A DNA stretch of 63,953 nucleotides, filler included, from Rhabdomonas costata (GCA_019059605.1; 34 parts of 34 records of this genome joined end to end with filler, not necessarily neighbours in it), one strand, 5' to 3'. Counted from the whole stretch's first letter, positions 37,505 through 50,107 are shown. Notes: a model not told the origin generated them from the letters alone. Made by a program: numbers and translations.

Positions 37505-38677
37505 GGATTTGATGGATCTGATGATCCCTGGGTGTGCGGAAAAAATGAAAGGGGTACAGCCGCTTGTCAACCTACCACAAGACCTACACGAAATACACCC
37601 CCACANNNNNNNNNNNNNNNNNNNNNNNNNNNNNNNNNNNNNNNNNNNNTTAATTAATTAANNNNNNNNNNNNNNNNNNNNNNNNNNNNNNNNNNNNNNN
37701 NNNNNTGTTTTTGGGGTGGTATACATCGCCTTTCCGCCTTTTCGCCTTTCCCCTCTCTGTTGCTTCTGCTCAGGCACAACGTCTTCCAGCGTGTGCGGGC
37801 CTCCCGGAGCAAGCACGAGAAGGATTTTCTGCGGATCTGCGGGGAGATAATCGGCTCCAAGGAGTCCCCGGTTCAGCTGACTCGGCCTATCTCCTCGTAG
37901 CACTGCTGTCTTCCTTGCCGACGACGTTGATTGGTGCAGCTGTTTTGCAGCGCTGGAGGTGAGGTGCCTCGATGTGATGCAGGCTATAGTGGTTGCTGTG
38001 CAGCTCGTAGCATCCTAGCAGTCAATCGATTGGGAATAGTATGACACCTCACCTCATCGGGCTTGTCCTGGGACGCTGAGAGCAGAAGCCTCGCAAGCAG
38101 CCCGAAGAATTGTCTAGACAGTGGTCATCGCTACCGCCATCACGTGCAAAGCTGTTTGTGTTAACTTGCCAGAGTGCGTCTTTGTGTGGTGGCCCCTGCT
38201 CAACACTTTTACATCAGCTTTTTATGGACTGAGACGCCACTGCGCGATGTGTGCTGGGGAAAAGACCATGTGTCTCCAGCTGACTGTTTTGCCACAGTTG
38301 CTCATGAGCAGCGTGTGCGTGCTGCGTGGTTAAGAAGGAATTGCAGTATGTGTCCCATCATTCTCTTGGCAAAGCGATTATCTTTGCCACTCGAAAAATG
38401 CACCTGTCGTTTCCGGTTCAAAATGGACGGGGAAGTAATGGGCACACGGGAGACCGGGCTTTGGGACAGGTGCTGCAAGTGTAACTTTCGCAAGTACCAC
38501 CTTTCACGTCGCTGGTTCGATATTCTTTCACCCCGTGATTCTAACATCGAGTCCCATTGTCGTGTTTCTGTTTGTGTTGGATGTTGTCCACAGTTTCTCT
38601 GCTTCGACCCCATCTCCCTGAGTGAGGTGGGTGGGTGGTGGATAGTCTCTTTATTTCGTGTCTGTGGGAATTGGGAG

Positions 38678-39031
38678 ATGGCCCTTGTTCCTTCTCGAGA
38701 GAGCTGGCCTCTGCTTGCCTTGGCAGCCCTCACTGGGACTGCCCTTGGGGCCATGGCCTCTCGAGTTGGCTCGGCAAAGCCCTTGCCCCTCTCCAAAACG
38801 GTAAGCGATGGCAGTGCCGGGGCCGGTATGGGCGGCGGCGACAACCCCAAACCTGCGCGCGGTACCTCAGGGCGAGTCTCCCCATCGGTGGCAGGGTCCT
38901 CATCGGGCATCCTGAGCGCGGTACCCGCGTCGGGCGAGCTCCCGCTGTCCCCCTTGACGGCCGCAGTGAGGCCTGGGCCAAGCTTCTCGGGGCACCCCTC
39001 CATCATCAGCAGCAACTTCGGGGACATTATG
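38678..39031 (+). CDS. Probable first exon with N-terminal hydrophobic segment, unknown protein
   Basis: MALVPSRESWPLLALAALTGTALGAMASRVG...SSNFGDIM followed by GT; GC-rich relative to its flanks. Confidence 0.5.
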
Positions 39032-39681
39032 GTTCTCGTCGGGGACTCTGTTATTTATGAAGAAAGGGGAGGGGTGCAGTTGCATCCCGTGAATGTTTAA
39101 AGTCTGTTGCTTGTTATCGTAAAATGTTACTGGGGCTCCTTAAGCTATGCTAATCACGACAGCCATACGAAACGCCAGAGACTGAGTATCCACGTTGAAA
39201 GTTGTTGAGCATTTACATTGCAACGGTATACTCTTATTCAAACTCCATGCATTTTGGAAGGGCCTGATTTGGTTACCAGTTGAGGGGGTTGCCATTTAGT
39301 TGCCCCTGCCGGGAAATTTTCAGAGTTGTCCCTCTGACCCTTTAGAGTGCCGCGGTCAATATACTTTAAGGTTGAGAGAGGGTGGTTTGGCTGAGTCTTC
39401 CGCGCGCAAGAAGTGCACCGCCCGTTTCGTATGGCTGTCGTGATTAGCATAGCTTAAGGAGCCCCAGTAACATTTTACAACAACACCNNNNNNNNNNNNN
39501 NNNNNNNNNNNNNNNNNNNNNNNNNNNNNNNTTAATTAATTAANNNNNNNNNNNNNNNNNNNNNNNNNNNNNNNNNNNNNNNNNNNNGGTGTGGGGGGGG
39601 GCGACGAATGTGTGGAGGTCACACTGTGACGCATTTTTCTCTTTTCACATCGAAAACATAAGAATACGCATGCACACGCAC

Positions 39682-40004
39682 CATTGCAGGGAATGCCCTG
39701 AGGTCCCGCGCAAGTCACCCCGCAGTCCGCCCCGACGTACCCCACATCGCAGCTGCAGGTGCCATCTCCGGAGCTGCCCTGGCTGCACGTACCGCGCCCA
39801 TTGCAGGGCGTCGCCGCGCCCCCGGCACAGGAGATGTTGCACTGCGGTCCGGCCCACCCGGGCAGGCACACGCAGGTGTGGTTGACGGAGACCCCGTGTG
39901 CGCAGGGCGTGGTGCAGTTGACGCCCTGCCAGCCAGAGTGGCACTCCGAGCACACCGTGCCAGCCCAGTGCCCGGTGGACGCAGAGTCGAAGCACGAACA
40001 GGAC
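39682..40004 (-). CDS. EGF/laminin-EGF-like Cys-rich repeat exon of a surface protein
   Basis: SCSCFDSASTGHWAGTVCSECHSGWQGVNCTTPC...CVCLPGWAGPQC...CAGGAATPCNGRGTC...CSCDVGYVGADC, bounded by AG and GTGCGT. Confidence 0.9.
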
Positions 40005-40852
40005 CTGTGACACACACAAATGAACAGAATGAGGACGAGGTCAGGGTAGAACGTCGCGGAATTTGCGCAGAGAGCTAGAAACGGTTGGAATCAAATGACC
40101 TCCTATCCGAACATCCGTTCGTTCACTGCGGTAAATCTCCCTAAACGACGTCAAATCCCTTTTTCTGGTGCTCCCTTTTTCTGGTGCCGGCGTCAGGGGT
40201 ATTATTGCATTGCATACCCACAGAACCCAGAAAGCAAAACACGATGCAAATGATGTAGATGGAATATATGAGCTCGCATCATCTAAACCGCAAACAGCCC
40301 TTGGCTTTTTCGGGTGCCGGGGGGGGGGAGAAACATCGAAAAATGAAGCCGACTGCAATGATCATAATGACCACAACGAACCTGCTCAACAGTCTTTCAT
40401 TCGGTACCAAGCAAAACAAAAAAAAAGTTTTTGATTTTGGTCATTTCTCCGCACCTGTCGGAGAACGACGGCACCGCGGCCTTTTCTCGGGGATAGCCCA
40501 GCGTAGGTGACGCACATAGCTTGTCCCAGTCGAACTCGCACATCCACCGCAGAAACCCGCAGAGCAAAGGCCCGACCTGTCACGACCCACCGGAAACCAT
40601 CAAAACAACAAATATCCATTCATTTCCAACTGCACTCACTCCACAGCGCCAGTCATTAAGAAGGCCATTGGAAGCAGCGTGTCAGATGGACTCACGGCAT
40701 GGTGTCGCAACCTGTGTGTGCAACAGCCAACACATCCCACTTGCATACGCCGACACGCCAATACCTAGACATACCTAGACAAACACGCACACTTTGCGCA
40801 CTTAGCTGGGATAACATTTTTCTGGGACGCACGCACGCACACGCGCCCTGAC

Positions 40853-41095
40853 CCACAGCCGCAACCACACCGACTCTGCATTGGCCGACTTCGGCGTCCG
40901 AGCGCGGTCCTTTGGAAAGACCCCCAAGACAGGGGGGCTTCTGTTTTGCAGGAAGAAAATCAGCAGCACTAGCCAAGTGTAGCTGCTGAGGTACCCGTCC
41001 CTGGCGTTGCTTAGCCGAACCCTCCGCAGCCAGGCCTTCAACGCAAGGAAAAGGATTCTCAGCCTGGGGTCCTGCTCCAGATACCACTTTTGCAC
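40853..41095 (-). CDS. TUTase / non-canonical poly(A) polymerase exon
   Basis: YLEQDPRLRILFLALKAWLRRVRLSNARDGYLSSYTWLVLLIFFLQNRSPPVL is the typical Cid1/TUTase central-domain motif. The acceptor is clear; the donor position is approximate. Confidence 0.88.
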
Positions 41096-42157
41096 CTGAA
41101 AGAGAGAAGAGAAGGAGCACAAGAAGGAAGGAAGCGGCTGAATTCAGCTTTGCATAAACACCCCCCACCCCGAGCTTCCCAAAGTTGCAAAATTGCACCG
41201 AGGAAACTCTTCTGGCGTTTCATCGGTCATGGAACCCCCAAAAAAGGCATCTATTTTGAGACCTGAACGTCAGAGCACACCAACACACGTATGCTCTTGC
41301 TCGCGCTGCAGTTGCCTTAGATTCCCGTCGGGCGTCCATAACCCAAAACCCACCAAACACACCCCAACANNNNNNNNNNNNNNNNNNNNNNNNNNNNNNN
41401 NNNNNNNNNNNNNTTAATTAATTAANNNNNNNNNNNNNNNNNNNNNNNNNNNNNNNNNNNNNNNNNNNNTTTTTTGGGTACTCTCCCCAATAATTGCTGT
41501 TAGAGGATCAACCCGGGGGAGGGCGGGCGTAACGCACAATTCATGTGTCACTTGGAAGTCCAAGTGCACCTTTTTCAGTTGTTGGTTTTTGGGGCTCACA
41601 AGATCGAAGCGCGCAGGCGTGCCTTTGTCTTTGCCGACTCTAATGTCTCGGAACCATAAGATGTTGGTGTCTTCATATGTCAAAGGCCTTTTTTCTCTTC
41701 CTAGTCCTTTTCTCCCTATGCCTTGGCTCCTTACAGACACACAGCCCCTCCCCAGCGAGGTGCACGTCCCCAATATGTTGTCAGTGGTGTAAATTATGGC
41801 CATATTTTTAGAGTGGTGGTTACTCCCGAGTTTCCACTCAAACGCGCGCGCAAGTGAAAATATGAGAGAAAAAGGTTACGTCGCCAGTCAAAACATAACA
41901 CCTGCACATCCAGGCACAGGACAACAGCAGCAGTGTGCCGTGAACAGTTGGTTTCTGTTCATATGTCCGCGCACAAGAACTGCACAAACACAGGTCACCC
42001 CTTTCCCGCCCGTATCGTATCCTGCTCTCATCCGCCGCCTCAATGCGGGAGCTATAAACATTCAGTGACCCCGCCATCAACGCTCCCATGGGCAGCCATG
42101 CCTCCCGAAGCAGATGTAAGTGTTTAAATTACGTTCAGCTACCTTTTTTGTATTCTC

Positions 42158-42523
42158 ATGTACTCCTCATTTATGCAGCTGAACTTCCTTGACTGCCGGG
42201 TGCTTCGTCCTGTGGTGAACCGCCTAACCTCCCACACTGTACTCGCCGCTGGCCTGGGCCTCAGCGTAGCCTCCGTGCTGCTCCTCCTACCCGCCGGCCT
42301 GTCCACAAGTAGCTCCTCCACTTCAGCCGCCGGGCTCGCAGGGAACCTTCTGCGCAGCCCCCGGATTGCGGGCACTCCTCGGGGGAGCCGCCCCACCGCT
42401 GCGAGCGGTGTTCTGGTGAGAAAGAGGGTGATCGTGGTGGCATTGCTGGTGGTGGCCTCTGCGATGAACATCGCCCCTCACATCTTCGCCACGCTGCAGT
42501 TCTGGAAGCATCACCCGGGTTAA
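42158..42523 (+). CDS. Probable terminal exon of a membrane protein
   Basis: GC-rich frame with two hydrophobic stretches (VLAAGLGLSVASVLLLLPAGL and VIVVALLVVASAMNIA) ending in TAA. The 5' border is uncertain. Confidence 0.4.
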   Translation: MYSSFMQLNFLDCRVLRPVVNRLTSHTVLAAGLGLSVASVLLLLPAGLSTSSSSTSAAGLAGNLLRSPRIAGTPRGSRPTAASGVLVRKRVIVVALLVVASAMNIAPHIFATLQFWKHHPG

Positions 42524-43496
42524 CGCAGGGCGCGGCTACATCGCACGCTCCTCTTCCTCCTCCTCCTCCTCCTCCTCTTTGTCCTCTTCCCAGTGTGCTT
42601 TCGAGCTGCCCCTGCTCCTCCATCCATCTGTCAGGAGCCTCACAGGCTTAGGGAAACGTGAGGGATATCTACGAAGCAGCCGGTATCTGGAATTCTACTT
42701 TTGTTGAGATAGCGCAAGAAAACCTATCGATACTGTGCAACTGTTTTTCTGATGTGAAACATAGGAATGTTTATATTGGGTTTGTAAGGGCAGTTGCTAA
42801 TCACATTCTCCCTCACTCCTAAGAGCAGTAGCCCAGCCCAGGTGGCAGCTAGAAGTGACCGCAAGATCGACGCCAGAACCAGCGTGTTTCCCCCGGAGTC
42901 GTACTGATCGTGATGTCATCCATGGCTTATATACCTCTACCCAAAGTATTCACCCAGTCTTGATGTTAGCCATCGCTCGTGTTTGGTACTGGCGTCGTCG
43001 TTGTTAGGAAGTGTGTTGTTAGGAAGGTGGTACTTTTCCTATTTTTCTATTGTTACCTTTCATTTCGCATAACGGCTGCTTGGTGGACAAGAACAGGAAG
43101 ATGACAGCATGTGTCCCAAGGGCACTGCAGGATTTGTGGGATTGGTGCCCACCTCTTCCGCATTGCTCCTACTGCTACCCCTTACCCCTTCTTCCTGGGC
43201 CTCAGAACTACTGCGTTATCTCGCGGGTGGTTGCCGACCGCACCCACCACCACCNNNNNNNNNNNNNNNNNNNNNNNNNNNNNNNNNNNNNNNNNNNNTT
43301 AATTAATTAANNNNNNNNNNNNNNNNNNNNNNNNNNNNNNNNNNNNNNNNNNNNTGTTTTTGGTGAACAGCAGGGCTACCTGCGCTGGTTTTTATCTGGT
43401 GAGCAATCGCTCGCCATTCTCCTTAATTCTTTTCAATGACATCCTTTCAAGGGGAGTGTTTTTCCGCTATGACATTTTTGTCCTCTTTTTGAACAG

Positions 43497-44722
43497 GCTG
43501 CCTGTGCGTAGTGACTACTGCGACGCTTGGTGGCAGGCCTGCCAGAACGATCTGTATGTCAGAAAGCAGAAGGGGATTTCCTCCTTGCTTTATGTTCCAA
43601 AAAAAACAGGACTCAGACGGCGGCTCAGCGAAGCTGTGCGCGTGCGCGTCTTAGTGGGGCTGATCTCCAGTCGATATCTCCCTCCCTTGTGCAGGACTCT
43701 GTGTTGTGGATATTTTGGGATGTGGACCAAAAATGCCTGGGACTAAGTCACAATCACAGCTTTTTGTCTGTACTTGCAGATCAAACGTGGAAAATCGGGA
43801 GGGAAAACGGTGGATTGGGGTGCCTCTGAATTCTCGGGGGTTGCAGTCATTGAATTACCCGTTCCGTACATGCCACCGGGACTTTGTGCGTGTTTGCCGC
43901 TTTAACTGTATTGCACATTGCTAGGGGCTTGCGTGCCCAGTTCCGTGAGGAGAAGAGTTCCCCACCACACACATACATGGCGGTTTTGTCACCAAATCAG
44001 AGCGGTTATGTTACCACCAAAGGGAATCGACCGTACCTGCAGACACACCAAGGCAGAGGTGCTTTATTAGAAGAAGGCTAAAAAAGGCAGCATTGAGATG
44101 TGCTGGCACGGCAGCGCCTCCAGATGCAGTTGCTGCCGTTGGAAAAGAGCAGCTGCGTGACAAGGCCCTGGACTCGTGGGGCAGAAGGGAGGTTACAGCG
44201 CGTTAGGCAGTGAGTCGGTACCCCACGGCACCTCTCGTGAGCGCCCCTGGCCAACAGCGCGTGCGCTTGTCGGTCGCAGGGGTCACCAACAATCAATCAG
44301 GCAACAGCCAGCGCGCTACGCGCCCGACACACACGCGCGCATGTGGCCGTTCCCTTTTCGTCAAACCTTCGCTCAGTCTTACCCTGTATACGACTTTTCC
44401 TTGTATAATATGTTGGTGGGCTGTAAGTCATTTTTGTCCCTATTGGCCCTGGATGGAACGGTCTTTCGCCCTATCTTGCGTGGCTTTCGCATCCCCCGAA
44501 GGGAAAACCGAACCGTCGCGCCGAATGCCCCACCACCACACACACACACACACACACCAAAAAAATGAACAAAGGTTCTGCACAAAGGCCTCGCCCAGCT
44601 TCTACTCGTGCCCGTTGATTGCACCCTGCACAGTCACCAAGTGCGCCGCGCTGCCCGCGCATGCCCCGGCGACCGCAGCCGCCGTGCTCTTGGCGGTGCT
44701 GGCCAGTCTGTGGCTTGCTTAA
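43497..44722 (+). CDS. Folate-receptor-family-like Cys-rich protein with GPI-type C-terminus (last 2 exons)
   Basis: Exon 43497-43553 (LPVRSDYCDAWWQACQND-CT) joins in phase to 44575-44722 (G-FCTKASPSFYSCP...HAPATAAAVLLAVLASLWLA*). Confidence 0.65.
44124..44334 (+). mobile_element. (CA)n-tailed SINE-like dispersed repeat, diverged intronic copy
   Basis: Same ordered blocks as the reverse complement of 29683-29963, with a short acacacac tail. It lies inside the intron of the folate-receptor-like gene. Confidence 0.75.
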
Positions 44723-46375
44723 GCCATGGAATGAGCGGAGCCCTTCCAAAACGGATCCTCACAGTGGAAGTGATGGGAGGGGTGATTCTGGAATGCGGTG
44801 ATAGATATGCTCTCGGGTTGAGGACTGAACCTGGAGGCTGGTGAGAATCACCACTAAATACTGCTGCCAGGCAACCCAAAGCCTCAAGTATAGGCACGGA
44901 GTCATTTTTGCGTAAAGTTTGCTCATTTCATCCCCTTCTTCACAAGACCAAACTGAACTTGAATCCAACCTTAATTTCACAAGCCATCAGCCTGCTATCA
45001 GATTTTAAACGGGGGGAACCAATTACCACAAAACAAGAGCAAAATGGCGCAATTCCAAACCTCTCAACAATCGAAAGAAAATGATTACACTCATCATTAA
45101 CAACACACGAATTGGTCTTTTGCAGGCCCCAAAACCNNNNNNNNNNNNNNNNNNNNNNNNNNNNNNNNNNNNNNNNNNNNTTAATTAATTAANNNNNNNN
45201 NNNNNNNNNNNNNNNNNNNNNNNNNNNNNNNNNNNNGTTGTTGTGTAATGAGTAATTTATGGAGCCCGAAATGAGGGCGCGAAAGCATTTTTGGGGACAC
45301 GTGGACCAGAGGTGGCTCCGCGCTGGCTCGTGCCGCTGCCGCCGCTGTCGTCACACGCAGGATAGTATAATGGGTAATAGTATAATGGGCTGCGCTGGTT
45401 TGCAGCGTCACGACGAGCACCTATGGCAAGCTCAGTCATCGCGACTGTCGTCCTTCTGCGCGCAAGCAGTCGTCCTTACAGTCCCCGGTGCACCCATTCT
45501 GTGCAGCACCCCTGTTCGATTGTACCGTCGTTCCACACCTGTGAAGTGGCTGACTTTGATACGGACCGCGCTGGTCTGATCAGTTATCAGTTATTCGTTG
45601 TCTCTGATTTGTTTCCTCAGCTCTCCTAGATCCTGGTCTCGCTAGTTTCTGTCAACCTCATGGGCGGTTTGACTGTTAGAAAAGGCAGCTGCACACCTCC
45701 GAGCCAGGCGTTTTGTGCGCCATTTAGAGCTGAAAGTTACCAGTTACCCGAGTTCTTGTCCCAGATCGAGCATGACGCCGGCTGATCCGCGCCCAGAGCA
45801 TGAGACTCGGCGAACCGGTGGCTGCTGTGGCTGCGGCTGTGCGCAACCCCTTTCGCCACCGCGACGGCGAAAGGGGTTGCGCAGTGCTTGGGGAGGGCGT
45901 TCCCTGGCGTTGAGCAGCCACTGCCGTGGGGAATGAGACTGCACCCCCGCCTGGGTGGCTGGACAGCTGCGGCTTAGCCGTCGCCTGAAGTGAATGAGTT
46001 TGCTTCGGCTTACCCCGACCCCCGTCCTCCTCTCTGTGTGCGGGTTCTGGGCCTTTTTGCACCCGCCGAAGGAGCACTTCCCTCCTCAGCTCTTCCTCTT
46101 CCCCTCCGTCCGTCTTATTCCTTGTGTGCACTGTAGTTTGCATATGCTTGTTGTTTGCCTGCTCCGTGGTCTCAGACAGCATAGCCCGCTGCTGTGTGCC
46201 GTCGCTACTGTTTCCTCACTGCTGCCACCCACTTGTCGCAACGTTTGGCAGAGAGCGAGTTTTCGCTGAAGTTACAAATGCCCATAGAGCCCAAAGTTAC
46301 TACAGGCTTCTGTCTTCGCCCGGAATCAGGTGTGAGCGAGGAGAGCCCTCCGGAATGGTAGTGCCTTTCTCACAG

Positions 46376-46610
46376 GGATGACAAGGCTCATGGCTATAGG
46401 GTGCTGGACCGCTACCTGGAATCTCTGCTTTGCATGACGCAAGTCTCCGCGGCGCTGAGCTGGGCCAAGGTGTTGTTGGTTAACTTCCACTCCGAGGCCC
46501 CGGCTAACCTCACTCGCCTCTGCCAAGAGCTGGAGAAGGAGAAGGAGTCCTTCGTTTTGAAAACGATGTCCGGAACGAAGAATGATGGGCGGACATTGTT
46601 CAAGCGTTCG
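46376..46610 (+). CDS. Probable internal exon, helical protein of unknown function
   Basis: Acceptor ttctcacag, then DDKAHGYRVLDRYLESLLCMTQVSAALSWAKVLLVNFHSEAPANLTRLCQELEKEKE. The donor is uncertain. Confidence 0.45.
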
Positions 46611-47271
46611 AGTTAGTGGGTGGGTGGGTGGATATGGCTGCCGGCAGCAGAAGTTTGCCAAGGACCCTTTGTTCAGCATCGAGAAGCGGTGAGGAAGTGG
46701 AAAATTATTTGAAATTATTTCCCTCCTGGGGCAAAAGACCTACTTCCCTGGAAGTAGCGAGCGTTTCTACGTGTGCGCACATGTTTGGCGTCTTCTCTGA
46801 GATGGTGGAGTGCCTGACAGTTTCCGTACCAACGTTTACCCTACGAGACTTAATGTGCGATTGTGTGTTATCTGCCATCCCTGATAAGTCTGTTTCAAAA
46901 TTGACTGTGATCAGCTGTCTGTGTGTGTGTGTTTGCATGCCTTGTTCATGCCGGGTTTCCGATGAATGACCTCTGCGTTATGAATAGAGACTTATCAGGG
47001 ATGGCAGATAACAAACAANNNNNNNNNNNNNNNNNNNNNNNNNNNNNNNNNNNNNNNNNNNNTTAATTAATTAANNNNNNNNNNNNNNNNNNNNNNNNNN
47101 NNNNNNNNNNNNNNNNNNGGGTTGAATGATGAATTCCACTATGGACAAACAAGCTGGTCGAGACCTGTCGAGGGCCACACCTCCTCCAAGCGTTGCGCGC
47201 ACGGCGGCGTGAGTAAACTGCCGGCCCCGAAACAAAAGTTGCCACTATCTCTCGCCCTCGTGCCTCGACAC

Positions 47272-48469
47272 CTGTTATGGAAGTCAAACGTGGAGTAGTA
47301 CTCCAGGAATCCCAAGAAGAGCTTGTGCAGGTTCGGGGTGAGCTCGTATTTGAATGGGGCAGCATTCTCTGGGGTCACTGGCACATCCTGTTGAGGGGAG
47401 GAGAGGGAGAAACAAGGAGAAAGAGTAACCACCCCTACCAAGCACTCGTAAAACCGTTGGGTGTGCCGTTGCGGGGGCGCAGACGACGGGACAGCTCCCC
47501 TCGCATTAATTCCTTCAGCTCAAATACATTCCCGCCATCCCTCATCTTCCTTTTGTCCGACTGGCGCCTGGATAATTTGCCATCCGACTGGTCAAAGGGA
47601 GATAGATGCCCTGCAGGGTCGGCGAGCTGGCCCCCAGCTAACCCACACCCCGCCCCAGCACTCATGCGCTTGGTGGGCTCGGCAACGCAAAGATGAGCGA
47701 CCCATCCTCCACATTCAAATGAAAATGGAAAGTGGTAAAATGGGCTCTGTCACCCAGGGGAAGCCTCGCATAATCGCCGTACCCACCCCTTTTTCTGCTA
47801 GTTTGCAATGGTTTCTGTTGGGAGTACAGATGTAAGTGCCCCCCCCCAACCCACAGTGGGGCCCCGCACACCCGCAGGGAGGGGTCGCGCAGGGGCAGCA
47901 GCCCCAGATGCTGCAAGTAGTGCACCACCATAAGAATAACAGAATGTGAGGACAGCAGCCCGCGGGGCGAGTCCAGGATCTCCATTTGAGTAGCCTGCCA
48001 GACAACAACGAGGGTGCTGAAAGGGACCAGCGAATTCATCAATCAATCAATCAATCAATCAATCAAGTAACGGGAACATAACCACGTGAACCTCAGGAAA
48101 AACCTTGGAAACTGCAGTTTCAGTGATATATGCTTCGCATGGGCAATTGTTGTACACTGCTACAAAAGCTGCCACATGCGAATTTTTAATGTGCCGATAC
48201 GATGGATCTACCACCCATTTCTTGTGAAAGGCGACCAGGGGACTCCATTCTAGCAAAGGCAGAGGTAAGCACAGGCCACCTCGGGAGGGAGCGAGCGAGG
48301 GAGGGAGAGAAGGAGGACCACAAACCCACAATTTGGCGAGCAGAGCCAAGGGGCGGGCGTCGGGGTGCAGGCCAAGTAGGTCACGCAGGAAGTAACATCC
48401 CACCACGCCCTCGGTGTGGCTCCCAGAGATGTCAAAGGGATACGGGCATCTCTTCGTGGGCTCACGCAT
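47272..48469 (-). CDS. Second TUTase / PAP-associated-domain nucleotidyltransferase (3 exons)
   Basis: Exons 48469-48326 (FDISGSHTEGVVGCYFLRDLLGLHPDARPLALLAKLW), 47994-47872 (ATQMEILDSPRGLLSSHSVILMVVHYLQ) and 47387-47272 (LHKLFLGFLEYYSTFDF) are joined by phase-0 GT-AG introns. Confidence 0.88.
48038..48065 (+). repeat. (ATCA)7 microsatellite in an intron
   Basis: atcaatcaatcaatcaatcaatcaatca read directly from the sequence. Confidence 0.9.
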
Positions 48470-49199
48470 CTGAGAACCCCACCACCGCGAAAGCAGCAAT
48501 TGGGGACCAATTTCAAAGCTCAACCATGAAAGCAACCTTGGGAGTCAATATGCAATTCACACACATCAGACATATGTCACAGACACTGGTGGCGCGGACT
48601 GGCTTCTTCGCATTGCACCGCAAACGGTTGCATCATCATATAAATACTTCACGGGGTGGCTCAAATGCGGGTGCAAAAAGAGATCAAAGACCAATGGGAC
48701 TTCTTCAGCTAAAGGGAGCCTGCATGTGGTACCTGCACATGACGGCGACAATGAAAGGCAATGTTTCTGTCCCCGATACTGTAAATGAATGTGTAAATAA
48801 ATGTCACGCCCTTTCCTACACAACCTCCACACCGAATGCTAGTCACGAGCGCCTCATGCCGGACGCTTGAAAAATTCTTCCTCTCATCTCACCACACAAC
48901 NNNNNNNNNNNNNNNNNNNNNNNNNNNNNNNNNNNNNNNNNNNNTTAATTAATTAANNNNNNNNNNNNNNNNNNNNNNNNNNNNNNNNNNNNNNNNNNNN
49001 GTGTTGGGTGTGGTTGGTTTGTGTTGTATGGGACCATCTGACCTCAGGCCAACCTCAAACATCGTCCGGAAGACCGGAAGTGTTGCAGCAGTGTTCTGGA
49101 AGCTGCGGAGGTGAATTTTCGCTATACGCTTGCCCTTGTTATCGGTTACAGTTAGGGCTCGGTCAAGGAGATTTTTTTCGTCACTCAGAATGCGCAAAC

Positions 49200-50107
49200 C
49201 TTCTCGAGATCCCTTCCCACAGCAAGGGCTTGGAACTCCGCCAGGTCGAAGCACACCACGGTACACTGCCGAGGGGTTTGACAGAACCCCACGTCGGGCA
49301 CCGCCGACCGCGGACTTACTGATAGAGCCGCGACGGCAGAGGTGGTGACCGTGGCAGCGGTGCTCTCGAGCGGACGCAGCGGGCGAGACATTGCCCTTGT
49401 ACTCTGCAACAGCCCAGATGACGGGTGACAGGTGACAACTACAGAACGGCATTGATGGGGGAGCAGGCTCAACTCCATGCCAAACAAGGTGAACCACAAC
49501 ACTTCAGATTCAGGCGTGGGGGTATACCTATAGGTTGTAAGCTTAGGCGCATGGGACCCTTCGAAGAAGAGTGAAAATCCGCACACTGTCATAGAAGCAT
49601 ACCCCCACCCGAAAGCACAGACACCCATATTTTGTGGAATCAAAGATAAAAGATGAAATGGAGGTGCAATGCAGCGGGAGGCACGCCCATCCCGGCGGAA
49701 GCATACCATCAGAACAGAGTGCCCGGCGCGAGAGGTACCACACCCTAACCTCCCCGCCTAACCAAGCAAATGAACACAGCACCGGGCTCGCTAGGCCACC
49801 ACGAGCAGCCGACCCGGGAGTGGGGGAGCAAACGCTGGCGTCCTCCTCCTCTGAAGCGGCCTCCGAGGGGACTCCACCACGGCAGCCCTGCACAAACAGC
49901 GACTCCGGCATGAACTTCCGGTATTCTGCCAGGCTCCGCGTCAGTGTGTTGAAGGCCTGCGTCAGCGTATCGATTTCCTTGTAGACGGAGCGGGGAAAGG
50001 GCTTCACCTGAACCACGTCCAGGGCACACAGCAGCTCCACCTCGCGGACCAGGCGGATCAATGGGGCCGTGAAAAGCCTGACCAGAAGGGTGGTCAGCAG
50101 GGCCGTC
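49200..50107 (-). CDS. Receptor-type adenylate/guanylate cyclase: TM-HAMP exon and start of catalytic domain
   Basis: Exon from 50107 (donor about 49783 or 49750) reads LLVRLFTAPLIRLVREV...SVYKEIDTLTQAFNTLTRSLAEYRKFMPESLF. Exon 49403-49200 ends RQCTVVCFDLAEFQALA, the first strand of a class III cyclase. Confidence 0.8.

Noticed and set aside
45791..45911. Euglenid non-conventional intron (CAG at +4 to +6, CTG at -8 to -6)
   Set aside because: Only a few bases pair at the ends and no flanking coding frame supports the junction. All introns I could place are GT-AG or GC-AG.
49171..49190. Fragments resembling the euglenid spliced leader (ttctgagtg, atttttttcg)
   Set aside because: The two pieces lie on opposite strands and are short; no SL RNA gene structure is present.
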